Below, one piece after another: positions 20,761 to 32,636 of a stretch of DNA of 64,000 nt. The stretch lies in the NCBI RefSeq assembly GCF_013315695.1, contig NZ_CP054353.1, one strand, 5' to 3'. The notes below the pieces were generated by a model. It was not told the DNA's origin. It worked only from the letters and a program-made list of their open reading frames with translations, and searched no databases. Numbering within the stretch: position 1 is the first letter of the stretch; each line of letters begins with the position of its first letter. This DNA is from Escherichia coli. Lineage in GTDB: Bacteria > Pseudomonadota > Gammaproteobacteria > Enterobacterales > Enterobacteriaceae. A program made the position numbers and the translations under genes.

Positions 20761-21375
20761 ATGAACGCAATAATTATTGATGACCATCCTCTTGCTATCG
20801 CAGCAATTCGTAATTTATTGATCAAAAACGATATTGAAATCTTAGCAGAGTTGACTGAAGGCGGAGGCGCCGTTCAGCGGGTGGAAACACTTAAGCCTGA
20901 TATCGTCATCATTGATGTCGATATCCCCGGAGTTAACGGTATCCAGGTGTTAGAAACGCTGAGAAAGCGCCAATATAGCGGAATTATTATTATTGTCTCC
21001 GCTAAAAATGACCATTTTTACGGGAAACATTGTGCTGATGCTGGCGCTAATGGTTTCGTGAGTAAAAAAGAAGGCATGAACAATATCATTGCGGCTATTG
21101 AAGCTGCAAAAAATGGCTACTGCTATTTCCCCTTCTCTCTCAACCGGTTTGTTGGAAGTTTAACGTCCGACCAGCAAAAACTCGACTCCTTATCGAAACA
21201 AGAAATTAGTGTCATGCGGTATATTCTTGATGGCAAGGATAATAATGACATTGCTGAAAAAATGTTCATCAGCAACAAAACTGTCAGCACTTATAAAAGT
21301 CGCTTGATGGAAAAATTAGAATGCAAATCACTGATGGATCTTTACACATTCGCACAACGTAACAAAATCGGCTAA
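20761..21375 (+). CDS. evgA: Response regulator EvgA (NarL/FixJ family)
   Basis: 204-aa ORF with receiver domain (MNAIIIDDHPLAIAAIRNLL…) and C-terminal LuxR-type HTH. Confidence 0.95.
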   Translation: MNAIIIDDHPLAIAAIRNLLIKNDIEILAELTEGGGAVQRVETLKPDIVIIDVDIPGVNGIQVLETLRKRQYSGIIIIVSAKNDHFYGKHCADAGANGFVSKKEGMNNIIAAIEAAKNGYCYFPFSLNRFVGSLTSDQQKLDSLSKQEISVMRYILDGKDNNDIAEKMFISNKTVSTYKSRLMEKLECKSLMDLYTFAQRNKIG

Positions 21376-21379
21376 CCAC

Positions 21380-24300
21380 ATGAAGTTTTTACCCTATATT
21401 TTTCTTCTCTGTTGTGGTCTTTGGTCGACCATAAGTTTCGCAGACGGAGATTACATCGAATATCGTGGCATCAGTAGTAACAACCGTGTCACACTTGATC
21501 CACTACGTCTGAGCAACAAGGAATTACGTTGGCTCGCGAGCAAAAAAAATCTTGTGATTGCAGTACACAAGTCCCAAACAGCTACGTTGTTGCATACCGA
21601 TTCGCAGCAACGGATTCGTGGTATTAATGCTGATTATTTAAATCTTTTAAAAAGAGCGTTAAATATCAAATTAACACTCCGGGAATACGCAGATCATCAA
21701 AAAGCAATGGACGCGCTGGAAGACGGTGAAGTTGATATAGTGTTATCACATTTAGTTGCTTCGCCGCCTCTTAATGATGACATTGCTGCAACTAATCCTC
21801 TGATAATTACCTTTCCTGCGTTGGTCACTACCCTTCACGATTCAATGCGACCGCTTACCTCATCAAAACCAGTAAATATTGCTCGAGTAGCAAATTATCC
21901 TCCAGACGAGGTAATTCATCAATCATTTCCAAAAGCAACAATTATCTCTTTTACAAATTTATATCAGGCATTAGCATCCGTCTCAGCCGGACAGAATGAT
22001 TACTTTATTGGTAGTAACATCATTACCAGCAGTATGATTTCCCGTTATTTTACTCACTCCTTAAATGTAGTGAAGTATTATAACTCACCGCGTCAATATA
22101 ACTTTTTATTAACCAGAAAAGATTCAATCGTTCTTAATGAAGTACTCAATCGATTTGTTGATGCTTTAACAAATGAAGTTCGCTATGAAGTATCACAAAA
22201 TTGGCTTGATACAGGAAACCTGGCCTTTCTGAACAAACCATTAGAACTCACTGAACATGAAAAACAGTGGATTAAGCAGCATCCCGATTTAAAGGTGCTG
22301 GAAAATCCTTACTCGCCACCCTATTCTATGACAGATGAAACTGGCTCAGTTCGGGGCGTGATGGGTGATATTCTTAATATTATTACCTTGCAAACAGGTT
22401 TAAATTTTTCTCCGATCACCGTTTCACACAATATTCATGCTGGGACACAGCTTAACCCCGGTGGATGGGATATATTGCCCGCCGCTATTTATAGTGAAGA
22501 TCGAGAAAATAATGTTTCATTTGCTGAAGCCTTCATAACAACGCCTTACGTTTTTGTCATGCAAAAAGCGCCTGACAGTGAACAAACATTAAAAAAAGGA
22601 ATGAAAGTTGCCATTCCATATTATTATGAGCTTCATTCGCAATTAAAAGAGATGTATCCGGAGGTAGAGTGGATAAAAGTCGATAACGCCAGCGCTGCAT
22701 TTCACAAGGTCAAGGAAGGTGAACTTGATGCTCTGGTCGCGACACAGTTAAATTCGCGTTACATGATCGACCATTACTATCCTAATGAACTTTATCATTT
22801 TCTTATTCCCGGCGTTCAGAATGCATCACTTTCGTTCGCTTTTCCTCGCGGAGAACCGGAACTTAAGGATATTATTAATAAAGCACTGAATGCAATTCCC
22901 CCAAGCGAAGTTCTGCGCCTGACGGAAAAATGGATTAAAATGCCCAATGTGACCATTGACACATGGGACCTCTATAGCGAGCAATTTTATATTGTCACGA
23001 CATTATCCGTTTTATTAGTTGGCAGTAGCCTTTTATGGGGATTCTACCTGTTACGCTCAGTTCGTCGTCGTAAAGTCATTCAGGGTGATTTAGAAAACCA
23101 AATATCATTCCGAAAAGCACTCTCGGATTCCTTACCGAATCCAACTTATGTTGTAAACTGGCAAGGTAATGTCATTAGTCATAATAGTGCTTTTGAACAT
23201 TATTTCACTGCGGATTACTACAAAAATGCAATGTTACCATTAGAAAACAGTGACTCACCCTTTAAAGATGTTTTTTCTAATGCGCATGAAGTCACAGCAG
23301 AAACGAAAGAAAATCGAACAATATACACACAGGTATTTGAAATTGATAATGGCATCGAGAAAAGATGCATTAATCACTGGCATACATTATGCAATCTGCC
23401 AGCAAGCGAACATGCTGTTTATATTTGTGGTTGGCAAGATATTACCGAGACGCGTGATTTAATTCATGCACTCGAAGTAGAGAGAAATAAAGCGATCAAT
23501 GCAACTGTCGCAAAAAGTCAGTTTCTGGCAACAATGAGTCACGAAATAAGAACACCAATAAGCTCCATTATGGGCTTCCTGGAACTTCTGTCGGGTTCTG
23601 GTCTTAGCAAGGAGCAACGGGTGGAGGCGATTTCACTTGCCTACGCCACCGGACAATCACTCCTCGGCTTAATTGGTGAAATCCTTGATGTCGACAAAAT
23701 TGAGTCGGGTAACTATCAACTTCAACCACAATGGGTCGATATCCCTACTTTAGTCCAGAACACTTGTCACTCTTTCGGTGCGATTGCTGCAAGCAAATCC
23801 ATCGCATTAAGTTGCAGCAGTACGTTTCCAGAACATTACCAGGTTAAGATCGACCCTCAGGCGTTTAAGCAGGTCTTATCTAATTTACTGAGCAATGCTC
23901 TTAAATTTACTACCGAGGGGGCAGTAAAAATTACGACCTCCCTGGGTCACATTGATGACAACCACGCTGTTATCAAAATGACGATTATGGATTCTGGAAG
24001 TGGATTATCGCAGGAAGAACAACAACAACTGTTTAAACGCTATAGCCAAACAAGTACAGGTCGTCAGCAAACAGGTTCTGGTTTAGGCTTAATGATCTGC
24101 AAAGAATTAATTAAAAACATGCAGGGTGATTTGTCATTAGAAAGTCATCCAGGCATAGGAACAACATTTACGATCACAATCCCGGTAGAAATTACCCAAC
24201 AAGTGGCGGCTATCGAGACAAAAGCAGAACAACCTATCACACTACCTGAAAAGTTGAGCATATTAATCGCGGATGATCATCCGACCAACAGGCTATTACT

Positions 24301-24973
24301 CAAACGCCAGCTAAATCTATTAGGATATGATGTTGATGAAGCCACTGATGGTGTGCAAGCGCTACACAAAATCAGTATGCAACATTATGATCTGCTTATT
24401 ACTGACGTTAATATGCCGAATATGGATGGTTTTGAGTTGACTCGCAAACTCCGTGAGCAAAATTCTTCCTTACCCATCTGGGGGCTTACAGCCAACGCAC
24501 AGGCTAACGAACGTGAAAAAGGGTTAAATTGCGGCATGAACTTATGTTTGTTCAAACCGTTGACTCTGGATGTACTGAAAACACATTTAAGTCAGTTACA
24601 CCAGGTTGCGCATATTGCAACTCAGTATCGCCACCTTGATATCGAGGCCCTGAAGAATAATACGGCGAATGATCTACAACTGATGCAGGAGATTCTCATG
24701 ACTTTCCAGCATGAAACGCATAAAGATCTACCCGCTGCGTTTCATGCACTAGAAGCTGGCGATAACAGAACTTTCCATCAGTGTATTCATCGCATCCACG
24801 GTGCGGCTAACATCCTGAATTTGCAAAAGTTGATTAATATTAGCCACCAGTTAGAAATAACACCTGTTTCAGATGACAGTAAGCCTGAAATTCTTCAGTT
24901 GCTGAACTCTGTAAAAGAACACATTGCAGAGCTGGACCAGGAGATTACTGCTTTCTGTCAGCAAAATGACTAA
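21380..24973 (+). CDS. evgS: Hybrid sensor histidine kinase EvgS (periplasmic sensor, HisKA/HATPase, receiver, HPt)
   Basis: 1197-aa ORF with H-box (ATMSHEIRTPISSI), receiver domain (LIADDHPTNRLL…DLLITDVNMPNMDGFEL) and C-terminal HPt region. Confidence 0.95.
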   Translation: MKFLPYIFLLCCGLWSTISFADGDYIEYRGISSNNRVTLDPLRLSNKELRWLASKKNLVIAVHKSQTATLLHTDSQQRIRGINADYLNLLKRALNIKLTLREYADHQKAMDALEDGEVDIVLSHLVASPPLNDDIAATNPLIITFPALVTTLHDSMRPLTSSKPVNIARVANYPPDEVIHQSFPKATIISFTNLYQALASVSAGQNDYFIGSNIITSSMISRYFTHSLNVVKYYNSPRQYNFLLTRKDSIVLNEVLNRFVDALTNEVRYEVSQNWLDTGNLAFLNKPLELTEHEKQWIKQHPDLKVLENPYSPPYSMTDETGSVRGVMGDILNIITLQTGLNFSPITVSHNIHAGTQLNPGGWDILPAAIYSEDRENNVSFAEAFITTPYVFVMQKAPDSEQTLKKGMKVAIPYYYELHSQLKEMYPEVEWIKVDNASAAFHKVKEGELDALVATQLNSRYMIDHYYPNELYHFLIPGVQNASLSFAFPRGEPELKDIINKALNAIPPSEVLRLTEKWIKMPNVTIDTWDLYSEQFYIVTTLSVLLVGSSLLWGFYLLRSVRRRKVIQGDLENQISFRKALSDSLPNPTYVVNWQGNVISHNSAFEHYFTADYYKNAMLPLENSDSPFKDVFSNAHEVTAETKENRTIYTQVFEIDNGIEKRCINHWHTLCNLPASEHAVYICGWQDITETRDLIHALEVERNKAINATVAKSQFLATMSHEIRTPISSIMGFLELLSGSGLSKEQRVEAISLAYATGQSLLGLIGEILDVDKIESGNYQLQPQWVDIPTLVQNTCHSFGAIAASKSIALSCSSTFPEHYQVKIDPQAFKQVLSNLLSNALKFTTEGAVKITTSLGHIDDNHAVIKMTIMDSGSGLSQEEQQQLFKRYSQTSTGRQQTGSGLGLMICKELIKNMQGDLSLESHPGIGTTFTITIPVEITQQVAAIETKAEQPITLPEKLSILIADDHPTNRLLLKRQLNLLGYDVDEATDGVQALHKISMQHYDLLITDVNMPNMDGFELTRKLREQNSSLPIWGLTANAQANEREKGLNCGMNLCLFKPLTLDVLKTHLSQLHQVAHIATQYRHLDIEALKNNTANDLQLMQEILMTFQHETHKDLPAAFHALEAGDNRTFHQCIHRIHGAANILNLQKLINISHQLEITPVSDDSKPEILQLLNSVKEHIAELDQEITAFCQQND

Positions 24974-24979
24974 ATAGCG

Positions 24980-25006
24980 GCTCCCACAATGTTCAAATGT
25001 GGGAGC
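24980..25006. terminator. Hairpin between the convergent evgS and yfdE
   Basis: GCTCCCACA-atgttcaaa-TGTGGGAGC: 9-bp perfect stem just after the evgS stop. Confidence 0.5.
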
Positions 25007-25028
25007 TATTTACCAGCACATCTTACAT

Positions 25029-26174
25029 TTATGATGAGAACTCCTGGCGAATTTGTTCCCCATGCTGGTCGAGCGTTGCCGCTCCCGGCATAACATGCGG
25101 GTCCGCACAGCCGCTAATTTTTATCGGATTACCCGGCATCATTATTCCCCCGGCTTCAATCAACATATTTCTTGCCTGAGTTTGTGGTAAATTAATGGCC
25201 TCAGCCACACTTAATAACGGCGCGACAGGCACACCAACTTCATGTATTCTGGCTAACCAAACTTCAGCTGCCTGCGTTTTTAACGTCCGCTCAATATATT
25301 GTTTAAGAATAGCCTGGTTTTGTACGCGTAAAATATTGCTGATAAATCGGGGATCATCAACCAGCTCCGTCAGATCCAGTGCCTGACATAACGCAGAAAA
25401 AAGCTTGTCATTACCACAACAAATCGTAATCGGCTTATCCTGAGTATCGAAAACATCAAAAGGTGCCATGTAGGGATGGCGATTTCCCAGACGTTGTGGT
25501 GACTTCCCAGTCGCGATATATGCCATCAGTCCGTGCTCCAGAAAACTCAGAGTGGCATCAAACATCGCTATATCGACATGCGCACCTCTCTGGCTCTTTT
25601 CGCGGCCATAAAGTGCACTCACTATTCCACTGAATAAATAAACACCGCCACATAGATCCGCAAGAGAGGTACCAACGCGCACTGGCGGAGCATCAGGGTA
25701 TCCTGTTTCCATCATTATCCCGCTCATTGCCTGAATGATGGTATCGTAGGCAGGAGCATCTTTTAGCGGACCGGTATGTCCGAAACCTGACGATGAAGCA
25801 TATATAAGGCGCGGGTTGATTTCTTGTAACCTTTCCCATGAAAACCCGAGTTTTTCCATTGTACCTGGGCGAAAATTCTCAGCTAATACATCAGCTTGTT
25901 TAAGCATATTTATAAATATACTTTTATCGTGATCATTCTTTAAATTAAGAACCACACTCTCTTTGCCATGATTAATAAAACTGTAATAGAGTGACTGTCC
26001 ATCCACATAGGGACCAAATGTGCGGGTATCATCACCATGGCCCGGCGGCTCAACTTTAATTACCCTTGCTCCCATATTACAAAGAAGTTGAGTTCCGAAA
26101 GGTCCATTAAGGACATGTGTCATATCGATAACTAATAAGCCTTCAAACGGCCCTTTGCTTTCATTATTTGTCAT
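25029..26174 (-). CDS. yfdE: Acetyl-CoA:oxalate CoA-transferase (family III CoA-transferase)
   Basis: 381 aa from MTNNESKGPFEGLLVIDMTHVLNGPFGT… (CaiB/BaiF family); last gene of the frc-oxc-yfdV-yfdE cluster. Confidence 0.88.
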   Translation of the reverse strand: MTNNESKGPFEGLLVIDMTHVLNGPFGTQLLCNMGARVIKVEPPGHGDDTRTFGPYVDGQSLYYSFINHGKESVVLNLKNDHDKSIFINMLKQADVLAENFRPGTMEKLGFSWERLQEINPRLIYASSSGFGHTGPLKDAPAYDTIIQAMSGIMMETGYPDAPPVRVGTSLADLCGGVYLFSGIVSALYGREKSQRGAHVDIAMFDATLSFLEHGLMAYIATGKSPQRLGNRHPYMAPFDVFDTQDKPITICCGNDKLFSALCQALDLTELVDDPRFISNILRVQNQAILKQYIERTLKTQAAEVWLARIHEVGVPVAPLLSVAEAINLPQTQARNMLIEAGGIMMPGNPIKISGCADPHVMPGAATLDQHGEQIRQEFSS

Positions 26175-26247
26175 TTGCTTATGCCTTGAAAAAAGCCGAA
26201 GGTGAAAAGACACTTCGGCATTTATGTAAAATCAATAACATGATTAA

Positions 26248-27192
26248 TTATGAAACCAGTCGACTGACATAAATCCACAAGGGAGCCGTGACGACAAAAC
26301 CCAGTACGCTCACAGCCAATGACGCTGTACCAGTGCGGGTGTAGACATTAAACCGACTGGCAATAATGATTCCGGAGAATGCCGGCGGTAATGCGCCTGC
26401 CAGTACCATCATCTGCAAATGTTCGCTGTTCAAATGACATGCCATACCCACGAGAAGCAGCGCCAGTGGCATCAGAATCAGCTTCAGGAAGGTGTTATAA
26501 GCAATTTCGGCACTGAACTCGAATTTATGTGCAGCCAGAGTCAACCCCGCAGCGAACACCGCTACCCCTGAGTTAGCCTTCGCAATCAGATTAAAGGTTG
26601 GGTCCCATGCTGCCGGAATTTTTACCCCAACCAACACCAGGATCGTTGCCAGAACAGGTGCCCATACTACTGGCTCCTTTGCCGCAGAAATTAATGCGCT
26701 CAGATTACTATTCTTCTTACCATCCGCTCCTGAGGAAGGATTCAGCAAATACAGACCAATAGGAATAGTAATTGCGTTAACAATAATAGAAATAATTGCT
26801 ACCACTAAACCTGTTGATACGGAATCACCATAAATAGGATCGAGAACTGCAAACCCCAGGAATCCGATGGTAGGTGAGCCTGCAATTAATGCACATACTG
26901 CTGCTTCTGCATGGGTACGTTTAAAAAATTTGTAGCAACCAAACCAGGAGAAAAAGAAACATCCGACAATAACCACAAGTGATACAAGGGTCAGGCGAGT
27001 GTCCGCAAAAATCATTTCCCTGTTTGCCCGGGTAATAGAAACAAATAGGGCCGCAGGAAGAGCGTAGTTTAATACCAGTTTATTAAATGCCCGGGCTTGA
27101 TCTTCTGAAAAAGTTTCTCGTCTGCCGCTAAAATAACCCAACAGCATGATTACGATAATAGGCAATAAATCGCCAATAAAAAATGTTAGCAT
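26248..27192 (-). CDS. yfdV: Putative AEC-family transporter (candidate oxalate/formate-related permease)
   Basis: 314-aa polytopic membrane protein between oxc and yfdE. Confidence 0.85.
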
Positions 27193-27260
27193 AATAGTAT
27201 TTCCGATAAGGGTCCCCTCACCATCGATAATGAGTTGGCAAGAGGAGACGATGTCAGTAT

Positions 27261-28955
27261 TTAATTACCAGCGACTTGTTTTGGGTTAAGTTTGGTAATA
27301 TGGCCACTTTCAGTTCCTGCTGCAGGGTCGATGACCACATTAATAATGGTCGGTTTGCGCGACTGAATTCCGGTGGTTAAAGCATGACGAAGTTCATCTG
27401 TCGTGGTGACGTTATAGCCAACGCCACGAAACGCATCCATTAATTTGTCATACCTTGCATGGTGCAGCAGATCTGTTGGTGATGGTGCACCAGCGCCACT
27501 GAGATCAACACCGTCTCCTCTGTAGATGCCGCCATTATTAAAAATAACGATCGTCACCGGCAGGTTATATCGACAAATCGTTTCAATCTCCATCCCACTG
27601 AAACCAAAAGCACTATCACCTTCAATGGCGACAACCGGAGAACCAGAGGTCACGCTAGCACCGATGGCATAGCCCATACCGATGCCCATGACACCCCAGG
27701 TACCACAATCCAGACGGCGACGTGGTTTATACATATCAATAATATTTCGTGCATTATCCAGGGTATTTGCACCTTCATTAACTAAATAAATATCCTGGTT
27801 CTCGCGCAATACATCGCGCATAGCACTTAATGCATTAAAGTAATTTAATGGTTGAGTATCTGTACTTAATTTTTCATGCATTTTTTGTGCATTTTGCTGC
27901 TTGTGGATATTTAAAATATCGCGCCATACCAGTGGAGTCGTAAATGTGTTTTGTTTCAGTTCTGCCAGCATACCTTGCATACTGGATGCAATATCGCCAA
28001 CGACTGGCACAGCAATGGGGCGGTTGCTGTCAATTTCCTGCGGTTCAATATCCAGTTGAATAAACTGTGTATCTGCCGCCCATCCTTTTTTACCGTGTGC
28101 CAGTAACCAATTCAGTCGTGCGCCAACAAGCATGACAACGTCAGCATTTGCCAGGGCAAACGAACGCGCAGCTGCCGCAGAAAGTGGATGCGTATCTTCG
28201 AGGATCCCTTTCGCCATAGACATTGGCAGGAATGGAATCTGGGCACTTTCAATAAATTCACGAAGCTGTTCATCAGATTGTGAATACGCCGCGCCTTTGC
28301 CAAGGATAATTAATGGTCGTTCAGCTTTTGCTAAAAGCGAAATTGCGCTAGTGACTGACTTCGGGCATGGCAATAATGCTGGCGACGGATTTTCAACTTT
28401 AACAATCGTGGTTAACGCTTCGTCTTTTTCCATCGTCGCGGCCAGGACATTTGCTGGCAAATCAAGATAAACACCGCCAGGACGACCCGATACTGAGACC
28501 CGGATAGCACGTGCCAATGCAATGCCAAGATCCTGCGGCTGATTAACGCGAAATGCTGCTTTGGCATACGGTTTTGCCGCATTCATTTGGTCCAGCTCTT
28601 CATAATCACCTTGCTGTAGGTCGACGATCGCGCGGTCGCTGGAGCCGCTAATCATGATCATCGGAAAACCATTTACCGTTGCATTGGCCAATGCGGTCAA
28701 ACCGTTGAGGAATCCTGGCGCAGACACTGTCAGACAGATCCCTGGTTTTTGGGTAAGAAAACCGCTTGCTGCAGCGGCATAGCCTGCCGACTGCTCATGA
28801 CGAAAACCAATATAACGAATGCCTTCCGCCTGGGCATGGCGCGCCATATCCGTCACAGGAATACCTACAACACCATAAATAGTGTCAATATTATTCTGTT
28901 TTAATGCTTCAACGATGATATGCATACCATCTGTCATTTGAAGTTGATCTGACAT
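27261..28955 (-). CDS. oxc: Oxalyl-CoA decarboxylase (ThDP-dependent)
   Basis: 564-aa ORF with ThDP-enzyme architecture, including the Mg-ThDP motif region [31 protein letters not shown]. Confidence 0.92.
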
Positions 28956-29008
28956 GATTAATAACCTCGAAATTTTTATAAATTGGGAGCCAGAAGCCCC
29001 CGTTAATA

Positions 29009-30259
29009 TCAGATGGCGTGGTTTTGCTTCATTGCAGCAATTTCATCGTCGCTATAACCCAGCTCCTGCAATACAGCAGCGGTATGTTCACCTAATAGCG
29101 GCGCAGCTTTAATATCCGGCGTAAAGGCAGAGAATTTCATTGGACAACCAACTGTCAGATATTTTCCACGCAACGGTTGTTCCACTTCGACAACACTGCC
29201 ACTTTGGCGCAAAGAGGGATCAAGTGAAATTTCTTTCATACTTAAAACCGGTGCACAAGGAATATCAAACTGAGTCAAATAGGCCACCGCTTCATGTTTA
29301 TCAATAGTGACAGTGTATTTTTCGATTTCAGCAAAAATATCGAAAATATGTGGCTGTCGGGCATGGGCTGTACTGTATGCCGGATCGGTAATCCATTCTG
29401 GTTTGCCGATGGCTTTACAGGTGTTTTCCCAGTTTTGCTCCTGAATAGTGAAATAAATATAGGCATTAGGATCGGTTTCCCAGCCTTTACATTTCAGGAT
29501 CCAGCCAGGCTGACCGCCACCACCCGCATTACCACCGCGGGGAACTGCATCACCAAATGTGCCATTCGGATACTGCGGGTATTCTTCCAGATAACCCAAT
29601 TTATCGAGACGCTGCTGGTCGCGTAATTTCACGCGGCAAAGGTTCAACACGGCATCCTGCATTGACATGGTGACTCGTTGCCCACGCCCCGTTTTTTCGC
29701 GATGCAGCAAAGCAGCAAGTAAACCGATCAGCAAATGCATTCCGGTGTTGCTGTCACCCAACGCTGCAGCGCTTACCAGCGGCGGGCCGTCCCAAAAACC
29801 CGTAGTGGATGCCGCGCCACCCGCTGCCTGAGCAACGTTTTCATAGGCTTTTACATTCACATAAGGCGAACACTCATCAAACCCTTTGATCGAACCAAAA
29901 ATCAGACGTGGATTGATTTCTTGAATATGCTCCCAGGTGAAGCCCATGTGATCAATGGCCCCTGGATGAAAGTTCTCGACTAAGATATCAGCTTCGCGGA
30001 TCAGCTTTTCCATTACCTCTTTGCCTTCCGCTGTTTTGGTATTTAATTCAATAGAACGTTTGTTACTGTTAAGCATGGTGAAGTAAAGCGCATCGATATC
30101 AGGAATATCTCGCAGCTGGTGACGCGTTACGTCACCAACGCCGGGACGTTCAATTTTAATGACGTCAGCGCCAAACCAGGCCAGCATCTGAGTACAAGAT
30201 GGGCCAGATTGCACACCGGTGAAATCGAGAACTTTAATTCCTTGAAGTGGAGTTGACAT
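29009..30259 (-). CDS. frc: Formyl-CoA:oxalate CoA-transferase
   Basis: 416-aa family III CoA-transferase ([40 protein letters not shown]…); upstream of oxc. Confidence 0.92.
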
Positions 30260-30510
30260 AGCAATACCTATTAGTTAATTAAATATGTGTTAATTTAGCG
30301 TTTATTTAAGGCATAACGCCCTCTATAAATAATCCGCAAAATATCGTCGTAGCTGCACTCGATATTTTTAAATTCCTGTATCAAGTACTGGAAATCATTT
30401 CATCGCCACTTCCAATTCCTTTCTGCATGGTAAGTAGTGAGGACGAAAAGAAGAATATGATAAATATTGGTTCGCGGTAATCAGAGAGAGCCGCGACATT
30501 TGTGATGTTA

Positions 30511-30528
30511 TTCTTACAACTGTAAGAA
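30511..30528. promoter_or_regulatory. EvgA box upstream of frc
   Basis: TTCTTACAACTGTAAGAA, a perfect 8-N2-8 inverted repeat matching the EvgA consensus, about 250 bp upstream of the frc start. Confidence 0.6.
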
Positions 30529-30770
30529 GCGCCAGTGATTTACAAGTAAGGGTATGATTACGCTTTTAAAGCGTACCATAAAACATAACATAATAAATGA
30601 TTTGTGATAACACGGGATTATTGCGGTTTACTTTGAGGAAGATAAAATTCGAGTTTATAGAACCGCGAGCGCCAAATAATTTTATGGCCACAACCTGTCG
30701 TATTGTGGCCATAAAAAATTGTCGGCTGGAGGGAGTAAAATCCTTTACCTCAATATATTGCCTGTCAGCT

Positions 30771-31394
30771 TTAGTTCACAAACAGTGCTTCGCTATCGAC
30801 GATGATTCCATCTTCCGCACCTTTAAGCGCCAGGTTTGCCTCGTAGTATTGCTTTTTATCAAGCAGTTTCTGCGCATCAGCAAGTGCATTACGAGTCTGT
30901 TTAAGCGGCATCAGATATTGGTTTTCCATTACACCAACACCGGCCAGGCGAAGCTCTTCCATTGCGCCCTTTTTATCCCCTTTCGCCATTTTTTCGTTGG
31001 CAATTTTTATCGCGGCTTCTTTTTCGGGTGTCGCTACATAACTCTCAGAAATTCCGACAGATGCATTAATGACAATATATTGGTCATCATTGACATTGGT
31101 CTTTTTACCTGGCTTTGCGAACTTTGCCCATTCGGTACTGTCATCTGACAACAAAGCGGAAGCTTCATTGGTCAGTTCTTTTGCCTTTTCCGGATCGCCA
31201 TGAAACAGAGCCAGGCGCGCTACCTGCACGTCACGCATCGCATATAAACCTTGTTCAGAGATACGCTCTGCTGCTGCCGTTTGCTGAACTTGCTGAGTTT
31301 GCTGTTGTGCCGCTACCGGTGCATTATCAGCAGCCCATACAGTTGAAGATGCCAGAACTGCTGTGACCATCGTAGCCATAATTAAACGTTTCAT
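30771..31394 (-). CDS. yfdX: Periplasmic protein YfdX (EvgA-regulated, acid-stress associated)
   Basis: 207-aa ORF with signal peptide ([21 protein letters not shown]); synteny with frc. Confidence 0.88.
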   Translation of the reverse strand: MKRLIMATMVTAVLASSTVWAADNAPVAAQQQTQQVQQTAAAERISEQGLYAMRDVQVARLALFHGDPEKAKELTNEASALLSDDSTEWAKFAKPGKKTNVNDDQYIVINASVGISESYVATPEKEAAIKIANEKMAKGDKKGAMEELRLAGVGVMENQYLMPLKQTRNALADAQKLLDKKQYYEANLALKGAEDGIIVDSEALFVN

Positions 31395-31493
31395 ACTTAC
31401 CTCATTCTTTAACAGTTTTAGAAAACGCCGCCATCATATTGGGTGAGCATGAAATGAGAAATCAGAGAGCAACGGACATTTTGAAAGGGTTAT

Positions 31494-31547
31494 CTTACAA
31501 CTGTAGTTATTATCGCAAAGCGGCATTTAGTCTTACAGTTGTAGGAA
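31494..31547. promoter_or_regulatory. Two EvgA-box-like sites in the yfdX / ypdI divergent promoter region
   Basis: TCTTACAACTGTAG (31494..31507) and TCTTACAGTTGTAGGAA (31531..31547), about 100–150 bp upstream of the yfdX start. Confidence 0.55.
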
Positions 31548-31689
31548 TATGCTTCCTGTCACAGAGAACTATTCTTATATACCAAAAAGAGATGTCATTT
31601 ATTATATCGATGTAAATACTGATTAATTATATGTAAATACAGCAATAACGTCGTAGGTTTTCAGTGAACCATTTTCAGGATAACTTTCT

Positions 31690-31965
31690 ATGAAAGTAAA
31701 CTTAATGCTTTTTAGCTTATTTTTATTGGTCTCTATTATGGCATGCAATGTTTTTGCATTTTCTATTTCTGGTGGTGGTAGTGAGGCGAGCTATAAAGAG
31801 ACAGAAAAAACGTCAATGATGACGACAACTCATTCTACAAAATTTCAGCCATCACAGGCGATTTTGTTAAAAATGAGAGAAGATGCGCCACCATTAAACC
31901 TCACAGATGAAATTCCGCCCCCTTTTCCGACAAAGGCGAATTATCTTATCCATCCTGTGCGATAG
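31690..31965 (+). CDS. ypdI: Small lipoprotein YpdI
   Basis: 91-aa ORF with signal/lipobox-like N-terminus (MKVNLMLFSLFLLVSIMACN); position as in K-12. Confidence 0.75.
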   Translation: MKVNLMLFSLFLLVSIMACNVFAFSISGGGSEASYKETEKTSMMTTTHSTKFQPSQAILLKMREDAPPLNLTDEIPPPFPTKANYLIHPVR

Positions 31966-32041
31966 CGTCTGTCACATGGCAGGTGAACAATCATGCCTGA
32001 TGCTGATGTGAACACCTGCCCAAATGAACCATCCTGACCCA

Positions 32042-32284
32042 CTAGCGCCTGCCATACCCCACCATAAAGCGAATCATCAAGCCACAAGCCGGGGCAAGAA
32101 ACATAAATATCCCCGTCACTAGTTCATTACCGCCAGTTAACCACATGGTGAAGTAGTAAATGAGTGCAGCGAGGATCACCATGCCGAAGAAAGAAGAGAC
32201 CGCCGAGACCACGTTCAGGACCTGACCGATGTATCCGCTTACGCAGACAATACACAGGGCGAGAAACATCCATAAATAAATCAT
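32042..32284 (-). CDS. yfdY: Small inner-membrane protein YfdY (DUF2545)
   Basis: 80-aa ORF with two or three predicted TM helices; synteny. Confidence 0.75.
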   Translation of the reverse strand: MIYLWMFLALCIVCVSGYIGQVLNVVSAVSSFFGMVILAALIYYFTMWLTGGNELVTGIFMFLAPACGLMIRFMVGYGRR

Positions 32285-32636
32285 AGCTCAACCTCCTGCC
32301 GCGCTAAAAAACCTGTAACTTCAGTCACTTTAATAGTAAGACAATCCTTAACCTCTGGCAATTTTTGCTAAGCATCAATGAAAACAGCACGTTAAATGCA
32401 ACGCTATTGCGTGCGGAAAACTTTTTACTTTGCACGATTAATAATCAGTAGCTGAAAGCCGTCAGCCAGTGATAAAGTAGAGCCACCGCATTCATGCTCC
32501 TCGTGGTTATGTCCTGACTAGTCTTTACACTCTTTACAGGAACCATTGTCGTACATGATGGCCTAATCAATTGAGTGTACCGCTGTCGACATGGAATCTT
32601 CTGCGATACAACAATTCGTATCTACAGAAGGTAACT

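Noticed and set aside
30597..31148. 183-aa plus-strand ORF overlapping yfdX
   Set aside because: Lies antisense within a well-supported gene; its sequence is low-complexity with no recognisable domain. Judged a shadow ORF.
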